The notes beneath the pieces are model-generated. The model saw nothing but the letters and a program-made list of their open reading frames with translations. It ran no database searches and was not told where the DNA came from. This document shows positions 33,548-42,749 of a DNA stretch of 64,000 bases, piece by piece (position 1 is the stretch's first letter; each line of letters begins with the position of its first letter). The stretch covers positions 17,707-81,706 of the forward strand of contig CAVXDU010000015.1 of the NCBI GenBank assembly GCA_963760625.1, in the 5' to 3' direction. The stretch is from an uncultured Chloroflexia bacterium. Its GTDB lineage: Bacteria > Chloroflexota > Limnocylindria > Limnocylindrales > CSP1-4. The position numbers and the translations under genes are program-made.

Positions 33548-33698
33548 TCGGATCGGGCCGGGGTCGCTGCTGGGTTCGGGCGCGGTCCAGCGTCGGGGCG
33601 CCGGGTCGGCTCGGGTCTCGGCCGCGTCGAGCTGCCGCGCCGAGCGCGTCGGCGCCGGTCGGCTCGGTCAGGGCGCAGCCAAGCTCCGCGCATGCTCG

Positions 33699-33890
33699 GT
33701 TCCGGTCACATATGCATGCCCGGGTTCTTCGGCAGGACCACGCGGCCTTCGCCCCAACGGAATGGGCCGGATCTTGTCAGGCATGCCCAGGGAGACTGAC
33801 TGTCCCGAAAAGGAGCCATCTGGGAGGGCGCATCCGCGGATCGACACGTCCGTTCCCGCCCAATATCCCGCCCATGACTAGCTGACCGTT
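33699..33890 (+). repeat. Mosaic inverted-repeat element, type 1, copy C (192 bp)
   Basis: GTTCCGGTCACATATGCATGCCCGGGTTCTTCGGCA ... GGATCTTGTCAGGCATGCCCAGGGAGACTG ... GCCATCTGGGAGGGCGCA ... CGCCCAATATCCCGCCCATGACTAGCTGACCG. Sits between the convergent ends of the transaldolase and DUF1269 genes. Confidence 0.85.
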
Positions 33891-34037
33891 TCGCAACCGG
33901 CCTGGCGGCGCCAACCGGCCCTGGCATCGCAGCCGACCCGAGGCATCTCGCCCGGCCTGAGTAAGCCTGGACGCCCAGCCCCCCATGCCCCCACGTCGCA
34001 TCGCCGGATCCCGACGTCGTCGGCGATACGCATCACA

Positions 34038-34523
34038 TCAGCCGGGGTTCTTGAGGGCCTCCTCCAGCTGGCTCTCCACCTCCTCATTCAGGGTGCTCTG
34101 GTAGACCTTGCCCTGGTATTGGCGCACGGCCCCGACCAGCGCCGCGGGGTTGGCGTCGACCAGCGCGAACACGGCGGAGGTGCCGGGCGTCAGGTCGTTG
34201 GTGACATCGGTGATCATCTGCTTGTCGACATTGTGGTGGAGGCTCTTGCCGATGAGGGCGCCGACCGAGGCACCGATGATCAGGCCACCGATCGGGAAGA
34301 AGACCGCACCCAGCAGCAATCCGACTATGCCACCGCCGACGCCACCCGCGATGGTCGTGGAGTCGGTCTCGTTGTGGGTTCTGATCTTGCCCGATGCATC
34401 CTTGACGACCACCGCCACGTCACGCAGGTTCAGGCCGGAGTTCTTCTGGGCGTCGCGCAGCGACGCGAGGGCAGCCGGGCCGTCGGTCTCGTTGGGGAAG
34501 GTGATGACTACCAGGTCGCTCAT
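34038..34523 (-). CDS. DUF1269-type membrane protein
   Basis: Intact 161 aa. MSDLVVITFPNE...LRDVAVVVKDASGKIRTH, a glycine-zipper TM segment GGVGGGIVGLLLGAVFFPIGGLIIGASVGALIG, and LTPGTSAVFALV. Confidence 0.7.
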   Translation of the reverse strand: MSDLVVITFPNETDGPAALASLRDAQKNSGLNLRDVAVVVKDASGKIRTHNETDSTTIAGGVGGGIVGLLLGAVFFPIGGLIIGASVGALIGKSLHHNVDKQMITDVTNDLTPGTSAVFALVDANPAALVGAVRQYQGKVYQSTLNEEVESQLEEALKNPG

Positions 34524-34599
34524 CTGATGTGCTCCTCGCTCGATGGGTCCGCGCTACCCGCTGGACCGGCAATGAGATGGTAGCGACCGTTGGGCGACC

Positions 34600-34686
34600 T
34601 GCGCGGACATGCCGCGCGACTGCGCGGACATGCCGCGCGACGTGCGCGGACCTGCCGCGCGACGTGCGCGGACCTGCCGCGCGACG
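34600..34686. repeat. Four tandem 21/22-bp units, each an internal hairpin (TGCGCGGAC(A/C)TGCCGCGCGAC(G))
   Basis: Units at 34600-34620, 34621-34642, 34643-34664 and 34665-34686. Each contains GCGCGG-nnnnn-CCGCGC. Located in the 337-bp divergent intergenic region between 34523 and 34860. Confidence 0.9.
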
Positions 34687-34859
34687 CCGGGCCTCCGGAC
34701 GCCAACGCGAACGCGCGGAGGCAGCCACAAGCTCCATCAAGGGTACGTCCGCGGATGGGTGGCGTCCGGCGACCCATGACATTCGTCCTAGAGTCCATCG
34801 GGGCGCCGCTGCACGAAAGTTGACGGACCTGGGGCCAGGTCGCGGGGAGATATCGGTCA

Positions 34860-35357
34860 ATGATGGTCACGAATGCTCGGACCAACGGCATGCAGGAGAC
34901 GCTTCGGTCTCTGGGTGCCGTTCTCGACGCTCACCGGGCACGCAAGGTGTGCATCCTGGAAGTGCCGGATGGCTTGCTGGTGCGCGCGGCAGTCGCGGAG
35001 AGCCTCGACGACCGCATCGTGGGTACGTGGCAACCTCTCGAGCGCCTGTACGAGGCGGCCGCGCTCGTCGAGCAGCATCTGGCAGCGGTCGCCCGCAGGG
35101 GCAGCGGGTATGTCGCAGGTCCCATCGAGCGAAGCCTGCGGATCATCGGTTGTCAGGCCGACCAGCAGCACCTGTCACGCCTGACCCTCATCCAGCACCA
35201 CACGGACGATGGCTGGATGGTCTGGCACGATGGACCACAGGGCCCACAGTCCCATCTGCTGGCGTTGTCCAACACCGAGTTGTGGAAGATCGACGCCGAC
35301 ATCCGTGCCCGTGCCCGGCCCGGACGTCACAGGCAGCTCGCTTTCAGCGAGACCTGA
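34860..35357 (+). CDS. Hypothetical protein (165 aa, no recognisable domain)
   Basis: Intact ORF with a plausible amino-acid composition. No family recognised. Confidence 0.45.
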   Translation: MMVTNARTNGMQETLRSLGAVLDAHRARKVCILEVPDGLLVRAAVAESLDDRIVGTWQPLERLYEAAALVEQHLAAVARRGSGYVAGPIERSLRIIGCQADQQHLSRLTLIQHHTDDGWMVWHDGPQGPQSHLLALSNTELWKIDADIRARARPGRHRQLAFSET

Positions 35358-35455
35358 CCCCTCGGCAACACGCAAAGACAGAGGACCCGCTCCCAGTGGC
35401 GGGTCCTCTGTCGCGGCGCCGGCCCGACCCCGCTGCGGGGGCCCAGCGTGCGGGT

Positions 35456-35925
35456 CAGCCGAGGACGTACTTCAGGGCCGGCGTGCGCCGAACCATCTCG
35501 GTCTGCTCGACCTTCCGATCAAGTCCGTAGATCTCGCCGGCTGCCGTGTAGCCAAGGATGGCGGTCGCGATCGCGAGGATCGAGCTGCTCGTTGACGATG
35601 CCGTTCCCGAAGTCCCAGTTGGCCACCCAGAAGCCCAGCATCATCAGGACGCCCATGAGGCTCGCGAAGCGGGTGAAGAGTCCCAGCATGAGGGCCGCGT
35701 CGATGGCGACCTCGCCGAACGGGACGATGAAGTTGATCACGGTCATGGCGCCGGGGTCAGCTGCCAAGCCTGCCCAGAAACCCTGGAATGGGTTGGAGAC
35801 GACGCCATCGGCCAATCCCAGCCATGTGCCGGCAGTACCGAACTTGAGGAAGCCCGACGCATCGAAGACTCCGTGGCCGCCGAGCTGCAGCAGCTTCTCG
35901 ATACCCGCGAACAGCAACACCCAAC
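35456..35925 (-). CDS. DoxX-like membrane protein (short/possibly 5'-truncated; one frameshift)
   Basis: FAGIEKLLQLGG...FIVPFGEVAIDAALMLGLFTRFASLMGVLMMLGFWVANW resembles the C-terminal half of 38691..39440. The manually read tail ...GEIYGLDRKVEQTEMVRRTPALKYVLG ends at 35456. Confidence 0.5.
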
Positions 35926-35936
35926 GGAGCCTTGGA

Positions 35937-36635
35937 TCAGGTTCCGAGGATCGCCGCCAGATGTTGCCCAGCTTCCCAATGGGATGGGTCGTCGCGACGA
36001 AGTTGCGCTGCCTCTGCACGCAGCATCGGCCAGTCGTCGGCGTCGAGGTCCACTCCTGGCAGGCTCGGTCGGTGCTTGATCTGGTGGGCGATGAACGCTG
36101 CGTATCGCGCGACCGGGTCCGCCCGACCCACCGCGATCTCAAGCTGTCGGTCGCGGCCCGCACAGGCCGCGAGGCGGCCGAAGAACGCGCCAACGGATTG
36201 GGCGCTGAGGTCCCATCCCTGTGAGTGGCCGCCTCGACGCAGCAACGGCGCCGGTGACACGAACGCGATCACGGTCGTGCCATCCTCCCGGCCGGCGGTG
36301 ACGGCGCCGCCGAATGTCAGGTATTCATTGGACACGTGCAGCCGGTCCTTGACACGGATCTCACCCCAGGCCAGCTGGGCCTCGAACGGCATCGTGCTCT
36401 GCCGGTCGAGCGTAACTCGCTCACCCCTGCCATCGCGCGACGTCCAGAAATCGACCAATTCAGGGTCGAAATGGGTGAACGTAGGCTGGCGACGGATCGC
36501 GACGAGCAGATACCCAGGTCCCCGATGACCGGGCTGACCTGGCTCGGCCAGAAAGCCCCAGTCAGCCAAGGCATCAGCTGCCTGGTCAAGCGTCAGGTTG
36601 CGGGGCGGCTGGGTCGTGGGCACGTCGCTGTTCAC
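35937..36635 (-). CDS. Hypothetical protein (232 aa)
   Basis: Intact ORF whose start overlaps the stop of the upstream hydrolase gene in the sequence ATGA. No family recognised. Confidence 0.5.
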   Translation of the reverse strand: MNSDVPTTQPPRNLTLDQAADALADWGFLAEPGQPGHRGPGYLLVAIRRQPTFTHFDPELVDFWTSRDGRGERVTLDRQSTMPFEAQLAWGEIRVKDRLHVSNEYLTFGGAVTAGREDGTTVIAFVSPAPLLRRGGHSQGWDLSAQSVGAFFGRLAACAGRDRQLEIAVGRADPVARYAAFIAHQIKHRPSLPGVDLDADDWPMLRAEAAQLRRDDPSHWEAGQHLAAILGT

Positions 36636-37574
36636 TGGGACACCGCTGGCTTCATCGTGTGGGATTGACTCCCGGCACCAACCAGCACCGGGGTGTCAGG
36701 CGACTGCGGCAGAGCGGCCAGGAATTCCAGGATGCGTTGATCGACCACGTCGGGCCGCTGCATCCCAAGCAGGTGACCCACCCCAGGGACTATCTCGGCC
36801 TGCACGCCCGGAATCAGCCTGCGCGCTCGAGCGATCGCCTGCTCCGCGTCGTAGATCATCTCCCGGTCGCCCACGAGGATCAGGGCTGGGCAGCCGATCC
36901 GTGCCAGTTCGTCGTCGGGGATCTCGGACGGGTAGATGCCCGCCCGGTCGTAGCGGAAGCCGGCGACGCCGGCCTCCATCTGGCGCACGATCCTCTCGTC
37001 GGGCAGGGCGCCCTGCATCATCGCTCGCAGGCCGGGCTTCACGGTGCCGGGCAAGGGGATGATGCTCCCGGTCCGGATCATCACGTTGGCGAGGAGCTTG
37101 AAGGGCTTGATCGTGGCGGCCGGTGCGAGCAGCACCATCGAGCCCACCCGGTCGGGGTGGTGCACCGCGAGGTTGGCCGACAGGAACCCACCGAATGATG
37201 AGCCGATGAACACGGGGTGATCCAGGTCGAGCGCGTCGAGCACACTGGCCAGCCAGGCGGCGGCTTCCGCCCGTGTATGGATCTGTCGGGTCTGCGTCGA
37301 CAACCCGATATCGCCCATGATGTCGATGGCGAAGAGCCGATGGCCCGATCCAAGATCGGCAGCCTGGGATACCACTGCGTTGCCGTGAGCGAGCTCGCAT
37401 GGAGGAGCACGATGGGTTCGCCATCCTCGTGCCACTCACGACGACATGGGTCGAGCCGAACGGGGTGGCGACCTCACGCGACTCATAGGGGACCGGCCAC
37501 AACCCGAGCGCGGCCTGATATGCGTCCCGATACGCGGTCCGCGCCCGGTCATCCTTCCAGTGCGACATCGTCAT
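36632..37574 (-). CDS. Alpha/beta hydrolase (frameshifted)
   Basis: Nucleophile elbow FIGSSFGGFLS (GxSxG), HPDRVGSMVLLAPA, and the late His region VPGVGHLLGMQRPDVV. N-terminus in ORF 36696..37574. Confidence 0.75.
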
Positions 37575-37584
37575 GTCTATCTCC

Positions 37585-38541
37585 TCATCGAGATAGCTCA
37601 GGGACGAGCAGCACGCTGGCCGTGGAGCTCAGGACAACGTCGCGAGCGACGGCCCCAAGATGGGTCGCATGGCCGGCTGTGCCACGGCCCATCACGACGA
37701 GGTCGGCGTCCATCTCATCCGCGGCCGTCAGGATCTCGGTGGCTGGCGACCCCATGCGAGTCGAGATCGTGACCCGGCGACCAGCACCATCGAGACGCTC
37801 ACGTGCCGCTTCCAGCCAACCCTGGTGGCCGGCTCGTTGTCGTTCGATGTGTTCTCGTGCGCCGGGCAGCGCCGCCCATGCAGCCGCACGATATGGAATA
37901 TCTCGCAACGTCCGTGGCAGCTTGATGACGCTGATCACGTGGACGACTGCGAACGCGGACAGCGGCAGCGCCGCGACAAGCGAGGAGACTGCTGCGCCTC
38001 GGCGTGTCCGCCCGCGACCACGAGGATGGATCGCACGCAGTCGCGGCGCACGACGAGTACCGCCTCACGGGTGCGCTCGACGACACACGCCGAGACCGGT
38101 CCCAGGCCAGGACCGTGGGGTGCCGTGCTCCGGCTACCCACGACCAGGATGTCGGGATGCACCCTGGCAGCCTCCTGCACCAGTGCCGCTCCTGCCCAGC
38201 CATGCAGCACGACATCGCTGCATCGGAGGCCGCTCTCCGCCAATTCCGTCGCGGTCGCCCGCATGTGATCCCGCACCACGTCCTCGACATCGTCGGTCGA
38301 AGTCGGTGTGGAGGTCAGGGACTCACCTGACGCCAGGGTTTCGATTCCCAGAGGCCGCGGCGGGCTTGTTCGTCTGAGCGAAGCCCTCCATGGCCGCTGC
38401 GCGTCGGAGCCAGGTGCCTTCGGGCCACCGGGTCGCAGACAGGAGGCGGAGCGCCATGAGGCCCGATGGTGATCCATCGTCCCCAAGCAGCAGGCCCAAG
38501 GGGGGACGATCCGTGTGTGCCGGGTCGGCGGCAGCGGGCAT
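37585..38541 (-). CDS. Tandem universal stress protein (UspA family; frameshifted)
   Basis: C-terminal Usp domain DADLVVMGRGTAGHATHLGAVARDVVLSSTASVLLVP. Upstream Usp domain PDILVVGSRS...GPVSACVVERTREAVLVVR. N-terminus LLLGDDGSPSGLMALRLL in ORF 38323..38541. Confidence 0.7.
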
Positions 38542-38654
38542 CGTGGCACCTCCTGGGCCTACCTTCTACCCAGCCTTGCCCAATGGTGATGTCCATAGGT
38601 CACGCCGATACAGTGCCGTTACGCCCGAACGGGGACGAGCCCCGCTAGGTCCTC

Positions 38655-38675
38655 GCGCCGCGAGGCTCGCGGCGC
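38655..38675 (-). terminator. Candidate terminator hairpin (perfect 10-bp stem palindrome)
   Basis: GCGCCGCGAG-g-CTCGCGGCGC, 16 nt downstream of the stop at 38691 and flanked by direct repeats GGTCCTCGCGCCGC. No U-tract, so function is uncertain. Confidence 0.3.
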
Positions 38676-38690
38676 TTGGTCCTCGCGCCG

Positions 38691-39440
38691 CTAGGTCCCC
38701 GCGCCGACCGCCTCGCTCCCACCGAGCGCAGGGCCTCGCTCCCAGGGAGTCCCGACCGCGGGTAGCAGCCATCGGTCGATGCCGTAGTAGCCCGCGACCC
38801 GCCAGGCCAGGATAAGGCCGATGCCCAGCGTGAACAGCACCGGGTTGGTCGAGGCGGAGCCGGCCAGCAGGAACGACATGTTCATGAGTGCGCCGAAGAA
38901 TGCGGCGATGCCAGTGAGACAGCCGAAGATGAGGCCAAGGCCGACGGCCATCTCGCCGAACACGATGAGCGGCGCGAACCAGGACTCCGCGTGCCCGTTG
39001 ATGAGCATGTTGATGAAGTCGCGGTACCACTCGAAGGCGATCGGGGGTGACCCGGTCTCGGGGATGGTCGCCGCCCGGCCCCAGTAGGCCGCCAGCGACG
39101 ATCCGCCGTCGAGCCAGCCCGTACCAGTGAACTTGTGGAGCCCGGCCTCCAGGAAGGCGAATCCCACGAAGATTCGGATGGGCAGCCAGATCAGGCCCGC
39201 CCGTGAGTCGTGGAACAGGAACTGGGTGAACGCGGGGCCCGTGATCGAGACGTCGTACTTGCCGGTCTCCTCACGGGAGAGATAGAGCACCACGACGAGC
39301 GCGATGGCGAGCACCCAGAACGCGATGGTGACCAGGCTGCGGAGCGTGCCATCGACCTCGAACCACGGATTGACCAGCAGGATCAGGAGGAGTGTCGCCA
39401 CCCCGCCGATGCCCACCGCCATCTGTCGACGCGAACTCAT
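38691..39440 (-). CDS. DoxX-family-like integral membrane protein
   Basis: ATG 39440 is preceded by GGAGG. GLIWLPIRIFVGFAFLEAGLHKF plus four further hydrophobic helices. Intact. Confidence 0.6.
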   Translation of the reverse strand: MSSRRQMAVGIGGVATLLLILLVNPWFEVDGTLRSLVTIAFWVLAIALVVVLYLSREETGKYDVSITGPAFTQFLFHDSRAGLIWLPIRIFVGFAFLEAGLHKFTGTGWLDGGSSLAAYWGRAATIPETGSPPIAFEWYRDFINMLINGHAESWFAPLIVFGEMAVGLGLIFGCLTGIAAFFGALMNMSFLLAGSASTNPVLFTLGIGLILAWRVAGYYGIDRWLLPAVGTPWERGPALGGSEAVGAGT

Positions 39441-39525
39441 CACGGACCTCCTTCCAGGTAGTGCCCTTGCCGGTTGTGCCCTGTGTTTGGCCGACACGGT
39501 ACTCCTCGCCGTCCACCTGGCAGCG

Positions 39526-40446
39526 TCAGATCGCAGCAAGCACCTCACTGGCGAGCCGTTCGAGGTGATGGACCTCCCGGGTCAGCGGCCAGAAGACGAT
39601 GCGGTCTGCACCGGCCGCCACGTAGCTTCGTATCAGCCCGCGGCAATGATCCGGGGAACCGATGGGCAGGACCGGTGCCAGCTGGGCCGGCTCGCGTCGG
39701 AGGAGTGCGCCAAGCCGTTCCAGGACAGCCTGCTGCTCGGTGGGGTCGTCGGTGATCCACAGCCACATCGTTGCGAGGGTGTTGGGGAACGTGGCCGCGT
39801 CGCGGCCCTCCGTGGCAAGGAGCCCCGCGAGCCGTAGGCGGGCGATCGCGAAGTCGTCCGGTGTCGTGTTGTAGGCCGACGCGAGCCATCCATCGGCCAG
39901 CCGGGCCACACGCCGGAGACCGGCCGTGGAACCCCAGCTGCCGATGTAGATCGGCGGACCCTCGAGCTGGGCTGGGCCGGGCGAGAGGGTGACACCCGTC
40001 GTGTCGTAGAACCGTCCGACGAACGCTGGCGCTCCGGTCCACAAGCCACGCACCGCCTGCACCGCCTCATCGAAACGGCCCCATCGCTCATCGAACGGCA
40101 CACCGGCCGCCTCGTAGTCAGCAGCCGCCGATCCAGGCCCAAGGCCCGCGACCACCCGGCCTCCCGAGAGCAGGTCGATGGCTGCCAGCGACTTCGCGAG
40201 GGCCACCGGACCCCGGACGACGGGGAGTGCGACGCTGGTCATGAGCGTGACGCTCGGAGCGGTGGTCAGTACGGTGGCCAGCGCGGTCGGACCGTCCAGC
40301 CACGGCATTCGGTACACGAGATGGTCGTTCGCGGCGACCGTATCAAAGCCATGTTCTTCGGCCGCCCGCGCGACTGCGACCAGGCGCTCCAGGGTGATCG
40401 GTAGCCCGTCGAATGACAACACCGGCAGATGGACGCCGAACCGCAT
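39526..40446 (-). CDS. LLM-class (luciferase-like) F420-dependent oxidoreductase
   Basis: Intact 306 aa. MRFGVHLP...AEEHGFDTVAANDHLVYR...LAAIDLLSGGRVVAGLGPGS...ERWGRFDEAV is typical of the family. Confidence 0.75.
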   Translation of the reverse strand: MRFGVHLPVLSFDGLPITLERLVAVARAAEEHGFDTVAANDHLVYRMPWLDGPTALATVLTTAPSVTLMTSVALPVVRGPVALAKSLAAIDLLSGGRVVAGLGPGSAAADYEAAGVPFDERWGRFDEAVQAVRGLWTGAPAFVGRFYDTTGVTLSPGPAQLEGPPIYIGSWGSTAGLRRVARLADGWLASAYNTTPDDFAIARLRLAGLLATEGRDAATFPNTLATMWLWITDDPTEQQAVLERLGALLRREPAQLAPVLPIGSPDHCRGLIRSYVAAGADRIVFWPLTREVHHLERLASEVLAAI

Positions 40447-40494
40447 GCGAGGCTCCTATGTCAGGCGGCCAGCCTAACGGTTACTGGGTTGCGT

Positions 40495-41037
40495 CTACCG
40501 CTCGGGCGGCAGATCACCCGGGAAGATCATGCCGTCGACGGAGTCGGGCAACTGACGAGCAAGCGGGTCGCTGGTCCAGTACAGGATCGCCGACGATCCC
40601 TCGTATCCTCCGGTGCCGGTCAGTTGCATGACCTTCTGGACGAACACCCTGTCCCGGGCCTGGCCATCCGCCGCCACGTGGGTTCCCACCCACGCGCCCC
40701 CATCGTTCTCGATGCGCACGTCGCCCCAGAACAGGGCCACGTCGCCCTCCGCGACCTGGTCGCTCGCCCAACGGTCGATGCTGTAGGTCATCGTGATGTC
40801 GCCACTCATCCGCTCGTCACTCATCACGAGCCGACCGGTGTCGTCCCAGTCCCGCGACCGTTGCAGCATCCCGCTGAGCGGAAGGTCCAAATCGTGCGAG
40901 GTCAGTGAACGTTCCACGAAGTGGCCCCTCACCACGGCCACCCCGGGGTCCTGGTCCCGGCCGGCGACCCCGACCGCCGACCCAGTCAGGAGGCCCACGG
41001 TGATCACGGCCACGACGGTGGACCTCAGTCGCTTCAC
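40495..41037 (-). CDS. Secreted protein of unknown function (paralog family with 47620..48097)
   Basis: GTG 41037 follows AAGGAGGG. Signal/anchor RLRSTVVAVITVGLLTGSAVGVAG. Shares RIENDGGAWVG, GTGGYEG and IFPGDLPP with the 47.6-kb fragment. Confidence 0.55.
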   Translation of the reverse strand: MKRLRSTVVAVITVGLLTGSAVGVAGRDQDPGVAVVRGHFVERSLTSHDLDLPLSGMLQRSRDWDDTGRLVMSDERMSGDITMTYSIDRWASDQVAEGDVALFWGDVRIENDGGAWVGTHVAADGQARDRVFVQKVMQLTGTGGYEGSSAILYWTSDPLARQLPDSVDGMIFPGDLPPER

Positions 41038-41189
41038 TCTGGTGCCCTCCTTGGGCGGTCGCCACCGCGGTCGGTCGCCGCCGAGCGCCACCGCGCCGTC
41101 GCGACGATGCCCCTCACCCGCGCACGATGTCAATGTCGGTGCGGCGATGGTCACGTGCCCACTTCCGTATCCGCGCGAGACGGCGCACG

Positions 41190-42066
41190 ATGGATGTCAT
41201 GGACCGTACGCGTCCCAGCGCCAAGAGCCTCGATGAGCCCGACGAGCGTCGCCAGCTCCCGGGCATCCTCGTCGAGTCGGTGCGGGTCGGTGACCTGTTC
41301 GCGGCGCGCTACACCACCGCGCCGGGCTGGCGGTGGTCGACGGACGTGGGCCCGATCGCGGGCACGGGCAGCTGTCAGATCGCCCACCGAGGCGTCGTGA
41401 TATCGGGCCACATGCGCATCGAGATGGACGATGGCGAGATCTTCGACATGGTGGCTGGGCATGTCGTCGTCGTGCCCGCCGGCCACGACGCCGTCGTCAT
41501 CGGGGACGAGCCGGTGGTCATGATCGACGTCTCCGGCGGGGCACCCGAGTTCGGTCAGCCGACCGCAGGTGAGCGGGTGCTGTCGACCCTGCTGTTCACC
41601 GACATCGTCGGGTCCACGATGGTCGCGGAGCAAATCGGCGACCTGCGTTGGAAGGCGGTCCTCGCGGACCACGACCGCATCCTCGCCGACGCGGTCGAGC
41701 GATACCACGGCCGCGTCGTCCAGACGACCGGCGATGGGCTCTTTGCCCGTTTCGACGGTGCGGCGCGAGCGCTGCATGCGGCGCTGGCCATGCGCGCCGA
41801 CGTGTCCGCCCTGGACCTGGCCATCCGGATCGGCATCCACACGGGCGAGATCGAGCTACGTGGTGATAGCACCACAGGTCTGGCCGTCCATGAGGCTGCC
41901 CGGATCATGGCCCTCGCGGACGCCGGCGAGATCCTCGTGTCCGACCTGACCCGCCAGCTCGCGACCGGGGCGGACCTGAGGTTCGAGGATCGGGGCGTCG
42001 TCAGCTCTGCGTGGTGTCGCCGAACCGCGTCACGTCTACCTCGTCGAGCCGCCCACCGTCACCTGA
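41190..42066 (+). CDS. Cupin domain - class III adenylate/guanylate cyclase fusion protein, second paralog (one frameshift near 42005)
   Basis: Cupin APGWRWSTDVGP...VPAGHDAVVIGDEP. Cyclase LSTLLFTDIVGSTM...QTTGDGLFARF...RIGIHTGEIE...GLAVHEAARI. The manually read tail LRGVAEPRHVYLVEPPTVT stops at 42064-42066. Confidence 0.85.
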
Positions 42067-42083
42067 CTGTGCAGTCGGACCGG

Positions 42084-42749
42084 TCAGGCCGCCACTGGCT
42101 CGACGCCGAGCTCTGCCATCAGGCCGCGAACGCGTCGTTCGATGTCATCCCGGATGGGCCGGACCTGCTCGAGGGTCTTGCCCGAGGGGTCCTCCAGCTC
42201 CCAGTCGAGATACCGCTTGCCCGGAAAGAACGGGCAGGCATCACCGCAGCCCATCGTGACCACGACATCGGAGGCGCGCACGATGTCGTCCGCCCACGGC
42301 TGGGGGAGCTCGCGGCTGATGTCGATACCCTTCTCCGCCATCGCTGCCACCGCGGCGGCGTTGAGGCTTGCGACGGGCTCCGAGCCACCCGAAAACACCT
42401 CGACCTGGTCGCCCGCGAGGTGGCGCATGAAGCCGGCGGCCATCTGCGAGCGTCCCGCGTTGTGGACGCACAGGAACAGCACGCTGGGGTTGAGGTCGGC
42501 GTGGTCCGACTCGAGCCGGACGAGGGCACGCAGGCGGTCGTTCGCCAGCCGCTCGGCGACCACCGGCAGCCAGTTGGTCACCTTGGCGTTGGGCAGCAGC
42601 TGGTAGTAGGACTCGGCGAGGAAGCGCTCGATGGTCTCGATGTTCATGCGTCCCTCCCACCGTCGCTGGAGGGCCGCGGCGGACTGCTTGATGCGCAGCC
42701 GCTGCTCGGTGCTCATGGCGGCCTGTGCCGGGTTCGTCTGCAGGGTCAT
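42084..42749 (-). CDS. arsC: Arsenate reductase, LMW-PTP type, with N-terminal helical extension
   Basis: ATG 42749 is preceded by AAGGAGG. P-loop LFLCVHNAGRS (CX5R) and TMGCGDACP. It is the 3' part of the uninterrupted 456-aa ORF 42084..43454. Confidence 0.8.
   Translation of the reverse strand: MTLQTNPAQAAMSTEQRLRIKQSAAALQRRWEGRMNIETIERFLAESYYQLLPNAKVTNWLPVVAERLANDRLRALVRLESDHADLNPSVLFLCVHNAGRSQMAAGFMRHLAGDQVEVFSGGSEPVASLNAAAVAAMAEKGIDISRELPQPWADDIVRASDVVVTMGCGDACPFFPGKRYLDWELEDPSGKTLEQVRPIRDDIERRVRGLMAELGVEPVAA

Noticed and set aside
34600-34686. Possible CRISPR or iteron array (21/22-bp repeats)
   Set aside because: There are no spacers and only four contiguous units. It lies in a divergent promoter region, so an operator-type array is the more parsimonious reading.
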